Source: Octopus bimaculoides
Lineage: Eukaryota
Reading direction: 5' to 3'
Assembly: GCF_001194135.2 (NCBI RefSeq)
Contig: NC_068981.1
Location: 142,786,928-142,850,927, forward strand
DNA length: 64,000 bases
Shown here: positions 1 to 13,727 of the stretch, piece by piece
Layout: the number at the start of each line of letters is the position of its first letter
Position numbering within the stretch: position 1 is the first letter of the stretch
Translations under genes and position numbers: made by a program
Notes under the pieces: generated by a model
Told to the model about the DNA's origin: nothing
What the model saw: only the letters and a program-made list of their open reading frames with translations
Databases searched by the model: none

Positions 1-109
1 ATATACATATATATACACTCACAGACACACACACGTATATATATATAAGTTGCTGCATTTTTCTTTTAGTTTTGAAATTTTTTAAAAGGTTTAATAAAAA
101 ATAACAACT

Positions 110-725
110 AATTAATCAATAATGTATTCACCCTTGTTGTTTACAACTTCTTCTCAACGTTCCACAAGATTGTCACTACCTCGTTGGTAGAAATCAACCG
201 ATTTCGACTCGAAAAAGTGATCCGTCCGACCTCTCAATTCGGCATCAGTATTGACCGAAACTCCACGCATAGCATTTGAAAGAGATCGAAAGAGTTGGAA
301 ATCTGTTGGTGCCAAATCAGGAGAGTACGGCGAGTGTGGCAGAACTTCCTAGCCATGCGTTTAAATGTCTTCCTTGGTCATATTGGCGATATGAGGGCGG
401 GCGTTGTCGTGTAGGAGAAGAACTCCATGCTGCCGATTAGGTTTTTTTCTCTTCCATCTGTTGAACATAGAGTTCCACGTTGACAGTTTGTTTCCGTTCA
501 AGCAATTCGTAATGGATAATCCGTTGCCAGTCCCACCATACGCACAACATCGTTTTACGCGGATGAAGATCTTGTTTCACGCGCAGTGTCGCTTCCTGCT
601 TCATATTGATGTACAGGCACCATTTTTCGCCACCAGTAACTATTCGGTAAAGAAATCGTTGCTTGTGTCCTTGAGTTGAACGGTGACGAGCAAGCAAACC
701 AGCGGAGATTGTGGCTCGTTGATTT
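110..725 (-). mobile_element. Mariner (Tc1/mariner DD34D-type) transposase, degenerate C-terminal half
   Basis: ORF 437..697(-) has RIVTGGEKW (RIVTGDEKW motif) and HPRKTMLCVWWD; other minus frames continue with LLLHDNARPH, PYSPDLAPTDF-like and EEVVNNKGEYIID* motifs; frameshifted. Confidence 0.92.
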
Positions 726-808
726 TGTTGTTGTCACTTAAAGCATGGCAGTGTATATGTATATGTATATGTATATATACATTTATGTATGTGTATTCNN
801 NNNNNNNN

Positions 809-865
<57 letters not shown>

Positions 866-879
866 TATATATATTTTAT

Positions 880-1829
880 TATTAAAATTTTAATTTACTC
901 CATGATCGAAACTGCGGTTTTTCTGTGGAATAGGTCGTAACATACACGTGGGTATAAAAAGATAAATATGTATCACATTAGGCTGTATATTTTTGGGAGT
1001 GCGGTTGAATATTAGTTATGTGATGGCGCTTGATGGCGTGCATATTTAATCCTCACACTCGCAAATTTATAACTTGGAATGTTAAACAATAGATAAATAT
1101 AATTGAGTTTAAGTACGAAAGGCGTCGGTGATTAGCTGAAGTCGTGTGAACACATCATTTTACTTTTTACATACATAAAAAAAGTGTGTCATTGTCTCGG
1201 AGATTTTTATGGTAATTGAAAAAAAACATTAGCGTCTATATCTAATACAGTACGTAGCGAGGCATTTATCTGACCCCTGATTATAATTGTGTATGTAATT
1301 ATAGAATATTTTGTATAATTCACCTCAAAAGGTTTTTTTAACGTACTGTCTACTTGGTAAAATTATTAAGTAATTCATTAATTTTACCCTATGTTATTAC
1401 TAAAATTATAATTTACATCATGATCGAAACTGCAGTTTTTTTCTGCGGGATAGGTCGTAACGCACACGTGGGTATAAAGATAAATATGTATCACATTCGG
1501 TTGTATATTTTTCGAGTGCGGTTTAATATTAGCTATGCAATGAAGCTTGGTCGTGTACATATTTAATCCAAACACTTGCAAATTTATAACTCGGAGTATT
1601 ACACTGAGGAGGACAATAGGTAAATATAATGTACTTTAAGTTCAAAACGTGTCCGTGATTACCCGAAGTCGTATCAACTCATCATTGTTCTTTTTACCTG
1701 CATAAGAAAGTGTGTTATTGTCTAGGAGATTTTTATGGTAGTCGAATAGACATTAGCGTCTACTTCTAATTCAGAACGTGGAGAGGCTCTTAACTAACCC
1801 TTGATTATAATTATGTACATAATTTTAGA

Positions 1830-1830
<1 letters not shown>
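880..1830. repeat. Diverged tandem duplication, period ~515 bp (copies ~880-1310 and ~1395-1830)
   Basis: Collinear shared blocks catgatcgaaactgc, ataggtcgtaac, cacgtgggtataaa, gcaaatttataact, ggagatttttatggta, acattagcgtcta, tgattataatt in both copies. Confidence 0.9.
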
Positions 1831-1877
<47 letters not shown>

Positions 1878-1985
1878 ATGTGTGTGTGTGTGTGTGTATG
1901 ACCCCGGCCTTCTGACCGATCTTGGAGATACCAATTCCTGGATATACCAGTTCCTGTTCTTTCGAATTACGCTGCTCTACTCTTG

Positions 1986-2032
<47 letters not shown>

Positions 2033-2043
2033 ATGTGTGTGTT

Positions 2044-2074
<31 letters not shown>

Positions 2075-2472
2075 ATGCGTGTGTGTGTGTGTTTGTATAT
2101 ATAAGTATATATATGAGTATATATTTATTTATATTTGTATGTATAATGAATTATGCCTTTGTTTCTTCGGAAAGTTGAACTATAAACTTTCATGACTCTT
2201 TTTCTTCCCTCTTCTCCTTTTTCTCTTACTCCTTTTCACTATATTATCATCTTATTGACATATACCATTCTCATTCTCCATATTTGTTTCCCAATTTTCT
2301 CTGATGACTGAATATCCCATACTCGAGGATATCCCAGAAACAGCTGTAAAGTTTGAATTTCTTCGTGTAATAATACTGTATATGACTTGAGATGTTTCTT
2401 TGCTTTAATGGTTGACGTTCTGTTTAACAATTATATGTATGTGTATGTATATATTTATATATATATGTATGT

Positions 2473-2597
<125 letters not shown>

Positions 2598-2624
2598 TAT
2601 ATATATATAATACAAATAATATGT

Positions 2625-3305
2625 GAGTATATACATATATACGTACATGTATGTACATACCTACATCTACATGTATATATCGATGCATATCTGGGTACAG
2701 GACGTCACAAAAAACATGGACAAAATGAGAAACAGAGCAGAAACAGAGCATAGAAAACAAACAGGCCACAGAAAATATTTCCTTCATCAGCTGCCCCTAT
2801 TCTACACTAAACGTTTCGAAATACTTACTTGGAGACAGTGCGTGGGGATCGATCATATAATAACATAAATAATATATAAACATATGCATATATCCATACA
2901 TGTATGTACATACCTACATCTCTATGTATACATACATGTATATATGGGTACAGAACATCACAAAGAAACGTTAAACATATATACGAAGACAAAAAATGAA
3001 CATTTTTTTCGAACGAAAAAAACAAACAGAGAAAAGAGACATGCAACATAAAGAATATTTCCCTTCTTCAGTTATCCCTGATTCATCTACTCCGCATTTC
3101 GAAGGCAAGGACAATACGCGATTTCGTTGGAACAGTCCTTCCCGCAAATGAAATTAAATAAAATTTTGAACTCTTGCGGAGGTTGAAAGTGTAAACAAGA
3201 ACAGGACAGTGAGAACAAGACAGTAAAAACAAGACAGAACAGTGAAAACAAACGGTAAGTGCTGTTAGGCCAAGATCGAACGCCACGCACTGTCTCCAAG
3301 TAAGT
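2625..3305. repeat. Compound repeat: two tandem copies of a dispersed unit plus a 32-bp inverted repeat; possibly PLE terminal repeats
   Basis: Units ~2640-2820 and ~2890-3105 (ggtacag..cgtcac...aatattt.ccttc.tcag...ttcgaa); third relative at 44770-44950; IR 2823-2854 vs 3274-3305 with 3 mismatches. Confidence 0.7.
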
Positions 3306-3559
3306 TTTATCTCAATAATTACTATTATGCACTCTACTACAATTACTATCTCTTCCCTGTCTATCTCTATCCCTCTCTTATTCTTTATCCTTTCTGTTTT
3401 TCTATCCCAACCCTTCCCTATTCTTCTCTTCCTTTCACCGTTCCCTCTCTCTCACTCCTCCTCCTTGACCCTCTCGTCGCTGACACGTGACGAAAGGGAT
3501 TCTTTCTTTTTATTTCCCGCCTTCCTATAGAGAAGACGTGAATTTTTTTTGTCTCTCAT

Positions 3560-5050
3560 TCACTCTCATTCACACTCAAAGAATTCCATAAGGCCGAGCG
3601 GCGGCTAAGGTCATCTATATCAGTTTTTAGTTCTATGAGATTTGTAGTGGGTGTGGGTGTAAATTTGGGGCCTTTTAGTCGTAGGTTCATTTAATTTACG
3701 CTAAGTTCTCTTTTAGATAGTTTCATTAATTTGGGGTCTATGTGCTTTGTGTGTTCATTCGGAATTTTGGGTTTGTTGGATCTGGAGTATGGTTGAAGCA
3801 TCCTTTCCCTTAAAAAGAGGTCGTGTTGTTGCGTCTCCAAATTCCATTTTCGGCTTTTAGGTTATTTTAGGTTTTCTTGTAGAGGTAGGGATCGTCTATG
3901 TGGTCTGTATGTGTTATTTTGTGTGTGGCAGTTGGTTTTATTCCCATCTTTTTTGTTTGTTGGGCCAATTTCCATTCCTGGGGCTCAGGTTTCCTTGTAG
4001 GTGGGTGAGTGGTTCATAATGTTTGTATTGTTTTGATAGTGGTGGTTGTTTTCTATCAATCTCGTAAATTTGTAGGGTCGCATAGGGTTGGTGTTTGTAC
4101 GGTGTGGACTTCGACTTTTATTGTAGGTTATGTGTTGATTTCTATCTACTTGTCTATTGTTCCAAGTGTGTATCCATTTAGGTCGTCCAACGTCATGTAT
4201 TGGTGGGTGTTCATATTTTGTTTCTTCTCTCCATGTGTTATAGGTTGATGGTTAAACGTGTCTTGTTTATCTTGCTGTTTGTGTGTCTGTCTTTCTAGGG
4301 TTTTGCGTCGATGGTCGTATTTCATATTTTGTGTGTCTGTTTATTGGGTGGTTTGGCACTCTAAGGAGCGGCTTTTGGTTTGTATTTAATAGGCTTTCTT
4401 TGGGTGTTTGGGGGTCCAATATGTTTGTGATCTTGGGTTGTTGTATCTTTTCTTTTGTTTTGGTTGTTTTGTTTCCATTATGGATTTTCCCCGTACTTCA
4501 CATCGTAGTTTAAGAACCACCCTCGTTGTTTGGTCCACATAATTCTGGATCTTTCTTTTTCTTGTTTAGTATCCTCTTTCCATGATTCTTGTAGTTTTTC
4601 TTTGTTTTGGTTATTATTCCTTTCTGTTATTTCGGCCATAATGACAGCATTAATTGTTTTAATCTTATCTTCCTGATTTGATCTTCGTGTTTGTACAAGG
4701 AAAATTTCTGTTTCCAGTCGGCATACTGCTAGGTTTGCACGTATGGTTCTTTGTTCCAGTGTTTCACCCCTTATTTCTTTGATAATGAATTTTCTAGGGA
4801 GTATTGGGTTTTCCTTGTCCCGCCAGTTTTGGTATATGTTGGCTATGTTCTTACAACGAATGCTTTTCCAGTAAGCTTAGAATGTTGTTCCAGTCTTGGG
4901 GCTTTAAAGGTTTTTGTTGGTGTGTGTCAGTTTATGTTTCTCCTTCATTTGCTTTTCTTTGTGATTGGGGTGGTCCTGCCAAGAGATTTGTGTTGTCAGT
5001 TATGATTGCTTGATTATTTTTAGAGACAAAATGAAAGAGACAAATCCTTT
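3560..5050 (-). mobile_element. Penelope-like element, degenerate N-terminal ORF region (upstream of RT core)
   Basis: Minus translation near 3600-3740: LSKRELSVN*MNLRLKGPKFTPTPTTNLIELKTDIDDLSRR, then by frameshift LMEFF, matching the PLE pre-RT motif LS..E..LL.KG.KF.PTP....DI..F.R..RL.EFF; upstream K/N/Q/T-rich low-complexity coding-like sequence with stops. Confidence 0.72.
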
Positions 5051-6739
5051 CACACAACTTAAATCTGAAGAAGCTATTAGACTTGACGAAAATATGTGAA
5101 TTGTATAAACATATCACATGTTAATAAATATTTGTATATGTACAACCATCCAGATATGTGAATACCTTATTTTTTCTAATATATATGTATATATACTGCA
5201 TCCTCACCAGCTGATGCTGTTTAATGTCATACCAGGGATAAAATACATACATACATGCACACACATACAATGACAATCTATTTCAATTATTTCAATGCCT
5301 GTTTTATGAGTATATTCCTATGTATATATGAAGTATGAATCATTTACGATAAGAAAATATTGTCATTTCCGATTTCAGTTTCGCAAATATTTTTTTCTAG
5401 TATATATTTGAACTCCTTTGAGTTCTTTTGTCTATCCTGTTGTGGAGTTGGTAGTTATTCTCTTCTGTAATTTTTCTGTCCTCTGGAAAGATAATTTGAT
5501 AGTACTACTGTCTCATTTCCCAACATCATAGCATTTTCCTCTCTCCTCCTTCTCCATCCACATCACCATCATCATCCTCATCGTCATCATCATCTTTATC
5601 TTTACAATTAGCAACAGCTGCAAGAAAAGCACTATCAGAACCATCATAATTATCAAAATAGCCATAGTTATTTTGCTTCTCTATAGTCATCAATGATTAA
5701 TGTCCGCAAAAAAATAAATAATAAATAAAATAATCACACCAGTACTTGAAAATCACTCTTAATATTATATGAAGATAATTCATCATAGATTATCTAATTA
5801 TTTCCTCGGTGATTATCATGTACGACTCTGGACAAATGCGCCTCTCCGACAACAACCTCGCCTTTTTGATAAGTAATTAATTACACATTTTCCCATTCTT
5901 TCTGCATAAATATCTCTTTCACAATATTTGTTCCATTTTTATCCTGTTTAACACAATCATTCATTATTTTGGCATACGTACGCTAAAACAATATTTCGTA
6001 GCATCAGGCGTAATTAAGTTCGCATTTCTCTTCAATAATACAGATACAATATAGTCCACTTTTTCTACTCTTTTCTTTATATTTAACTTTCGTAAATAAC
6101 TTATCAGAAAATTTTAGTGCATATGGGTTATAGCAAAACATTATTAAAACACGAAATTTACATTATGTTGTCGGACTCACTCAGAATGTGAATCCATTCT
6201 ACTTTATAAAGCGGTGCTTCGTAGTCATTAAATATTCAGCTTAATACGCTACATTTATAGAATCTCTGTATGTTTTATTTGTTACTTTCAAGTACATGGA
6301 GACTAATTTAACTTCTTCTCTTAGAGCAGAAGCAAATTATATTGTATGAAAGTTTGAGCATGTTTTTTGTAATCATTCGGGTATGTCACCAAAGGCAAAT
6401 GTAATTTTCTAATTTAGTTTAAGGATATGAATCATGTTATTGTGTATACAAATACCTAAACACCTTTGAAGCAGAATATAAAATAATTATCGATTGTAGT
6501 GTGGAATAAAATCATTTAACTAATTTTATTAGTATTAAATATTGATTCCTCTTATAGGCCAAATATCGTACAAGACAACATATTTGATTCAATGAAACTC
6601 TCGATTTGATTGATTCATTGGTATTTATTCAAACAATCAGAGTGGATTTTCTCGATTTACTTATAAACATTACCTTATCATCGAGAGTATAAAAAATAAC
6701 CCTAATGAATGATGAAAGCTGAACTGCAGTATAGCAGAT

Positions 6740-7650
6740 ACAAAGAATAGATGAACACGGAGGGAAATCATTTGATGATAGGCTTATTCTCTACTCACTG
6801 GGAAAGAATAAGAGAAAGTTCAAATTGTTAGATGAAAGTAATAACCAAGAAAATTTCTTTGTGTTCAACGTACAATTTATTTTCAAGTGACATTAAAATT
6901 ACATTCGGTGCCGAGAAATTTATTACGATAGAAGAATAAGAAAATAAGACAAGATAGAAGTGAAATGTTTGTTAGTTTCAAAGAGAAATTGTTCTTTGTA
7001 GAAGTAGCAAAATATCTAGGAATATTAGAAAATAATAAAGTTAAAAGTGTAGAAATTCAGAACGCTCTCAGTATAGAAAATTCCCTTTAAAATAAGATTC
7101 TGAAATCCAAATAGAATACTAGAAATATAGCAGAATTCACTAAATTTATGTCATTAATAAGGTATGAGGCAGGAGTAACTGAGTCACGAAAGGATACGTT
7201 ATATAATGTCGGAAGACGAAAAAACGACTTATAGTGTACAGCAGCATGCATCCTGTGAAATACATGTCGACTGTTTATACCAGTAAAGAACAGGAGGAAG
7301 ACTATGAATTCAACTTCAAGACATTTTAGAATTAGAGAAGAGAATTGATAAATGAAGGTTTATTCACAGAGCCATTACAAGGTTAATGAAGCAAATATAA
7401 AAAAAGGGTGACAAAATGTAAAATTGCTATCAAGGGGAAAGCTGACTTTGGCTAGAAAAAAGCATTGAAGTTTTTCCAAGAAAGAGCTTGGGAGGTCGAT
7501 TATAACAACACGCCGTAGCAATACACATAAGTTCGATTAATGTTATATTGAGTGGACGAAAAATTTGAAAGATATCGTTAGAATAATGAACTGCCATAAG
7601 CATGCGTTCCAATCGGTCGCCGGCATAATCTGCTGGTATCTGCGCAAGAG
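6740..7650 (+). mobile_element. Very degenerate R4/Dong-type non-LTR retrotransposon RT and post-RT region
   Basis: Collinear motif remnants across frames: SSDIKITFGAEKF, AKYLGILENNKV, KILKSK*NTRN...IRYEAG, HP...LY....GGRL (GGRGL), VAGIICWYLRKR (cf. RHD.VA.IIHW.LC). Confidence 0.72.
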
Positions 7651-7805
7651 GCTTCCCTTTGCATGGAGGGATACAAGACCTATAGCCATTCTAGGCAGGG
7701 ATTTCACCGGTAATAGTGGGATTTCCTTAACGCAACGAGCTGGCAGAAATGTTAACACGCTGGGTGAAATGCTTAGCGTTATTTTATCTTTCACACACAC
7801 GCACG

Positions 7806-7863
<58 letters not shown>

Positions 7864-8984
7864 CCTCTTCCTTCTCTCTCACTCTCTTTCTCTTCCTCTC
7901 TTTCTCTTCCTCTCTTTCTCCCCCATACCCATCTTCCCCTCTTTCTCTCCCCCCATACTCACCTTCCCCCTCTCTTAATCCACCTTCCCNNNNNNNNNNN
8001 NNNNNNNNNNNNNNNNNNNNNNNNNNNNNNNNNNNNNNNNNNNNNNNNNNNNNNNNNNNNNNNNNNNNNNNNNNNNNNNNNNNNNNNNNNNNNNNNNNNN
8101 NNNNNNNNNNNNNNNNNNNNNNNNNNNNNNNNNNNNNNNNNNNNNNNNNNNNNNNNNNNNNNNNNNNNNNNNNNNNNNNNNNNNNNNNNNNNNNNNNNNN
8201 NNNNNNNNNNNNNNNNNNNNNNNNNNNNNNNNNNNNNNNNNNNNNNNNNNNNNNNNNNNNNNNNNNNNNNNNNNNNNNNNNNNNNNNNNNNNNNNNNNNN
8301 NNNNNNNNNNNNNNNNNNNNNNNNNNNNNNNNNNNNNNNNNNNNNNNNNNNNNNNNNNNNNNNNNNNNNNNNNNNNNNNNNNNNNNNNNNNNNNNNNNNN
8401 NNNNNNNNNNNNNNNNNNNNNNNNNNNNNNNNNNNNNNNNNNNNNNNNNNNNNNNNNNNNNNNNNNNNNNNNNNNNNNNNNNNNNNNNNNNNNNNNNNNN
8501 NNNNNNNNNNNNNNNNNNNNNNNNNNNNNNNNNNNNNNNNNNNNNNNNNNNNNNNNNNNNNNNNNNNNNNNNNNNNNNNNNNNNNNNNNNNNNNNNNNNN
8601 NNNNNNNNNNNNNNNNNNNNNNNNNNNNNNNNNNNNNNNNNNNNNNNNNNNNNNNNNNNNNNNNNNNNNNNNNNNNNNNNNNNNNNNNNNNNNNNNNNNN
8701 NNNNNNNNNNNNNNNNNNNNNNNNNNNNNNNNNNNNNNNNNNNNNNNNNNNNNNNNNNNNNNNNNNNNNNNNNNNNNNNNNNNNNNNNNNNNNNNNNNNN
8801 NNNNNNNNNNNNNNNNNNNNNNNNNNNNNNNNNNNNNNNNNNNNNNNNNNNNNNNNNNNNNNNNNNNNNNNNNNNNNNNNNNNNNNNNNNNNNNNNNNNN
8901 NNNNNNNNNNNNNNNNNNNNNNNNNNNNNNNNNNNNNNNNNNNNNNNNNNNNNNNNNNNNNNNNNNNNNNNNNNATATATATAT

Positions 8985-9146
8985 ACGGCGAGCCTCTTTC
9001 CGTTTCCGTCTTCTAAATTCACTCAGAAGGCTTTACTCGGCCTTATGGTATAGCAGAAAACTCTTAAACTAGGTGCCACGCAGTGAGACTGAACGCGAAA
9101 ACATGTACTTTGAAAGCAAGCTTCTAATCAAACAGCCACGCCTACG
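8985..9146 (-). mobile_element. tRNA-derived SINE (family A), diverged
   Basis: Reverse strand reads ggcgtggctgtttgattagaagcttgctttc...gttcagtctcactgcgtggcacc; homologous to 57043-57130, 23700-23810 and 12835-13030. Confidence 0.75.
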
Positions 9147-10044
9147 CAGAAAAAATATAAATATAATAGACACGATATGAATATATCATTATTTGATGCA
9201 TAGTCGGGTTAATTACCGTAATTTACATCACATACAAACGTTAATAGACAGAAGTGCGATAACACATTAACCTTTCCAGTCTACATACTGTTGGCTGTTA
9301 TAGAAATGATAATATTAGTGAAAATGTAAACCAATTTCAACTTTGAAATTTGCAAAGGCAGAGATATATAACGAATTTATACTACATTGGAAACAGCTTC
9401 AGTTTCTCTTAACATATACAATTACATGAACCATCCTGAAATATAACAATACAGTTAATGATAATCAATCAAATGCATATAACAACAATCAATGTATGAT
9501 AAATCAAAAAAAATCAATGAATATATTCATGTTATCCGTAGAGAAAGCGTAAAACATTTAAATAAAACAGTCGAATGTATGCCATGAACCTGTGAACGCA
9601 AACCTTATTTAAAAAGTGAAGAAATGACAATTGATTTTTTAAGAAATCTATATTTTCCCTCAATCATTGATACACTTTCAGAATTATCTTTGTTCGGGGT
9701 TATCTCTGTTTCTCCCCTTTAACTTGGTTTCCTCCTTCCTCAAACTTACTCCAAATCATTTTAACCTTTAATACCAGTTAACAATGCTTGTATACAACAG
9801 TATATTGCAATGTAGAGCTTCTGAGTTTCTTCTTTCTCTTGACAAAATTCATTCCACTGATTGAACACAATATAAATTATGAAAAAAACAAGAAAGGCAT
9901 CAGACGGGCGATACATACCTTGTGCGCACAAAAAGACAGAATAAAATTTAATCTAATTATCTCAAATTTATATTTAAACAAACTTACGCCAATAGTTATT
10001 TCCCCTGCTTATCGTTTATGCATCTAGCAAAGAAAAAGATTAAT

Positions 10045-10215
10045 ATTATGGTTCACCCAACCAAAATTTAATGAATTCGAGCCACTCACCCAATGGATAT
10101 TTCTGCCAAATCTGGTGAAAATCGTTTCAGCCGTTTTCCAGTGATTTTGCAAATATAGACAGACAAAGAGGAGCGACTACAATACTCTGCTTTCGCTTGC
10201 AAGCGCAGGGTAATG
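10045..10215 (+). mobile_element. Probable non-autonomous element end (DINE-1/HINE-like)
   Basis: ccaaatctggtgaaaatcgtttcagccgttttc...acagacaaa...gcaagcgcagggtaat resembles Helentron-associated element ends from memory only. Confidence 0.3.
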
Positions 10216-12379
10216 AAAGTTTATTTTTTGCGACTATGATTAATATCCATTTTGTTTATCATTTATATTTCTTTAGCCGAATTCATTTAAGTATCATAAA
10301 TGTTCCAAGTGTTTCTGTTAAATTTTGTAATAAAATGTCTTCGCTTATATTCATGTAAATGTGCGCATTCCCTTCCCTTTAGCATATCACAATTAAACTA
10401 ATATACAGTCTATGATATTACAACTGTATAGATCATTAGAACCTTATAGATAATTCATGTGTCTTTAACAAATTGAGACCTAAGTATATTGGACATATAT
10501 CTATAGCATTAACATTATTGCGTATGTTAAGTCAATATTCCTTTGGGTGTTACATTACAAGTGCGGTCGGCATTTCATATTAATGTAAGGAAAAGGATAA
10601 TAAATAATTAGAAACTCTTAATTGAGTACAACCGAGAATAAGTGCAAATGTATAATGAAGATTAGTGTAGGCGCCTAACTGGTGTATTTTACATTTTGGC
10701 GTCAGCACCGCTATTTCTCTGTAGCATCTGTTCAGTCAGAGCAAAGCATTGGGATAAAGACGATCACTTGGTATACCACTGTAATCTAAACATTTCGAAA
10801 TATTTGAAATAATTACTCAATATGTTATCATGAAAAACACATTTTCAAAAGTGAGTGAAGGAGTGTCTCTTGCATGACAGCCATTCATAGTGAGAAAGAA
10901 ATACTAAAAAAAAAAAAAATGTTTTTTAAGTGACTGCAGGTTTGAAACGAACTAAAACTCAGTCTTATTTTATTTCCATTTGGATAGGATACTATTTCGA
11001 TGTCCAAATGCATGGTTTAATGGGAAAGCATGACTTGATCGATTTGAATTTGAGTAAATTTGATGGCAAATAAATTCTCAAAGCATCTCACATAAAATAG
11101 GAGTCCCTGCGGTCGGTCCGAGTTAATACGGTTTTATTCTTCGCTTTATAAATGTCTCTATAACCTGCACAATGTTTGCTCAAAAACAAATTCTGCAGCA
11201 CGAATAATGAATCAAACTACTTTGTTTCTCTCGTTTTTTTAATTTTTTTATTCATTTTGAATAAGAGATCTCACTTAGTTGAAACATTCCTGTCCTCAGT
11301 TTCTTGAAATTGAATGAAAACTTTCGAAAGATAGCATGAACAAAATTAACTTGCTAAAAAAAAATAATGAAAATCTTTCTATATGCATCTTTTTTTTTCT
11401 CATTTAGTGTGTGTGATTTGGCTCTTATATTTAATAAGAAATAAATTTAATTTCCCAAATCTATAAGGTTTGAAGTAACAAAACTGCAAACAAAGAACAT
11501 TTTATGATCTATCGAATTTCTAAGCAAATGAAAGAGTGGCCATAAATCTTAAATTACAGTTATTTAATTTTAGAGAAAAAAAAAAATCTCTACCTGTATC
11601 ATTTCTATCACACCTTAAGAAAGAAAATAAACGCACGCTAGGCTATTAAATTATACAATGATCTGAAAAGAAATGAACCAACAAAAAATATTACGTTGAT
11701 ATTTCAGTTATATAAAGCAAACAAAATCTCTTTAAAATATTTAATATTTGTTTCACTATTTCCTTACGTTCAATGATCATTTCTCACAAGAAATAGAAGA
11801 CGGGAAGGTGGTCCGGCATAACACATAACCACTTCAAACTAACATAGAGAAGATTTGCTATCACTGATATAAATGTGCTTAAAGTCAGTAAATAGAAAAT
11901 GAGTAAATGTATCCGATACAAAAATATTTAACATCTTATTCATAATGTACTGAATATTTAAAATCTAGTGTACCATCGAATAGTAGATGTGAAGTACTTT
12001 AGCTAATGAGTTTCATAAGTATTTTAACGAAATACTTTCGTGTTTAATTTGTCAAGCATATCAGTAAAACTAATTTGCCAGTTTAGAAATACTCTATGTC
12101 TAAATATTCATATTACTACGTTTATTATGGGAGATAAGTGAAATTTAAAATTGCTAGTAAGGATTAAAACTTCATATCTACAGGGCATATAAATGAAATT
12201 CGATTGCGTAAACGCACTTCTTTTTGCCAAGAGCTTTAACACTTTGTTATGAGTGATTGATTAAAATTTGAAACTACGCTATGTCGCATAGGTTTATTGA
12301 TTATTTACCTATCCCTTTCTATCGTTCTCTGTATGTGTCACACTCACACACTCTCTCTCTATTTCCCCCTTACACACAG

Positions 12380-12466
<87 letters not shown>

Positions 12467-12504
12467 TACACATACACGTACACACCCTCACACATTTTCT
12501 AGAT

Positions 12505-12720
12505 ATCTTTTAACTTAGTCATTGGACTGCGACCGTGTTGGGACTGCCTTCAGGCATCAGTTCGAAGAAATCGATGCATTACTCATTTTTAAAGGCCCCA
12601 TTCTTATTATACTGGTTTGTTTTGTGTCGAACCGCTAAGTTACGGAATTTATCTGAATCAAAACCGATAGTAAGGCAGTAATAGGAAACAAGCATAGACA
12701 CAAAGACACATACACGCAGA
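12505..12720 (+). mobile_element. Interspersed SINE-like repeat (family C)
   Basis: gtcattggactgcgaccgtgttgg...gaaccgctaagttacgg...acacaaagacac; the same head occurs at 29255-29298 and nested at ~12895-12935. Confidence 0.6.
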
Positions 12721-12745
12721 CGCATACACACAGACGCTTACACAC

Positions 12746-12777
<32 letters not shown>

Positions 12778-12834
12778 NNNNNNNNNNAGAGAGAGAGAGA
12801 GAGAGAGAAAGAGATAGAGAGAGAGAAAGAGAGA

Positions 12835-13030
12835 GAGGAACGACGAACTACTTTCAGTTTACACCTACCAAATTCATTCACAAGACATTGGTCGCTGGAC
12901 TGTGACCGTATTCGGGGCGCCTTCAAGCGTCAAGTCTATAATAGTTACTTGCTGAATGTCTCAGGCCCTGGTACTGAACCTGAAGTCATGCGGTTGGTAA
13001 GTAAACTACTTACAACGCAGTCATACCTAC
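12835..13030 (-). mobile_element. tRNA-derived SINE (family A) with a nested family C piece
   Basis: Homology to the other family A copies (actgaacc..., ttcagttt...ctaccaaattcattcacaag). Confidence 0.6.
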
Positions 13031-13295
13031 ATGCATATATATATGAATATATTCTTTCATTTCTTTCCGTCATTTGTCTGTGGCAATGCTGTAGCACTAC
13101 CATCGAGGTATTTGGTCGAACCAAAGACATACTGCGCTGTAATAGTAAGCACTTGCATATAAATACACAGGTGTACATCCAGTGGTATATTGGATATTTA
13201 TTATCCCTTAGATGGTTGCTTAAACTCTAACACATATACACATGTATATCTATATATATATAAATATATATACACATACATATGCACACACACAC

Positions 13296-13361
<66 letters not shown>

Positions 13362-13397
13362 GTGTGTGTGTTATGTATATGTATATTTATCTATCTA

Positions 13398-13445
<48 letters not shown>

Positions 13446-13486
13446 AGAGAAAAGAACCACAGTTCCTGAACTCATCCATGAAAATC

Positions 13487-13727
13487 CAGTCACATATAGA
13501 AAAAATTAATCAGTAATTACACTAAAAAGAACTATGATAAAATACAAAGTAATAATTATTAATATGATAAAATGACTACACGTGTTTCAAAACCAATTTT
13601 TATTTTCTATTTGAAAATTTGGTTATGAAGCACGTGTAGTCATTTTGTTATTTTAATAATTATTACTTTGTATTTTATTATAGTTCTTTTAAGTGCATTT
13701 ACTTATAATTTTTTCTATATGTGACTG
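13487..13727. mobile_element. AT-rich fold-back / MITE-like element
   Basis: Arms ~13487-13600 and ~13614-13727 are imperfect reverse complements (cagtcacatatagaaaaaatt...gactacacgtg / cacgtgtagtc...ttttttctatatgtgactg); related sequence at 54685-54830. Confidence 0.8.

Noticed and set aside
2770-2830. Minus-strand GAAACGTT...CTGATGA order suggesting a permuted (type II) hammerhead in the 2.6-3.1 kb and 44.8 kb repeat
   Set aside because: A stem II pairing (tatttc/gaaata) is possible, but no stem I can form in any of the three copies and the core is not conserved among them.
5525-5695. 54-aa acidic minus-strand ORF (MTIEKQNNYGYFDNYDGSDSAFLAAVANCKDKDDDDDED...)
   Set aside because: The acidic run derives from a (GAT)n microsatellite; no splice or homology support.
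7749-9053. Long ORFs of 300-434 aa here and at 18.3-19.5, 30.7-31.9, 54.8-55.5 and 56.2-57.1 kb
   Set aside because: They run through N gaps and dinucleotide repeats; artefacts.
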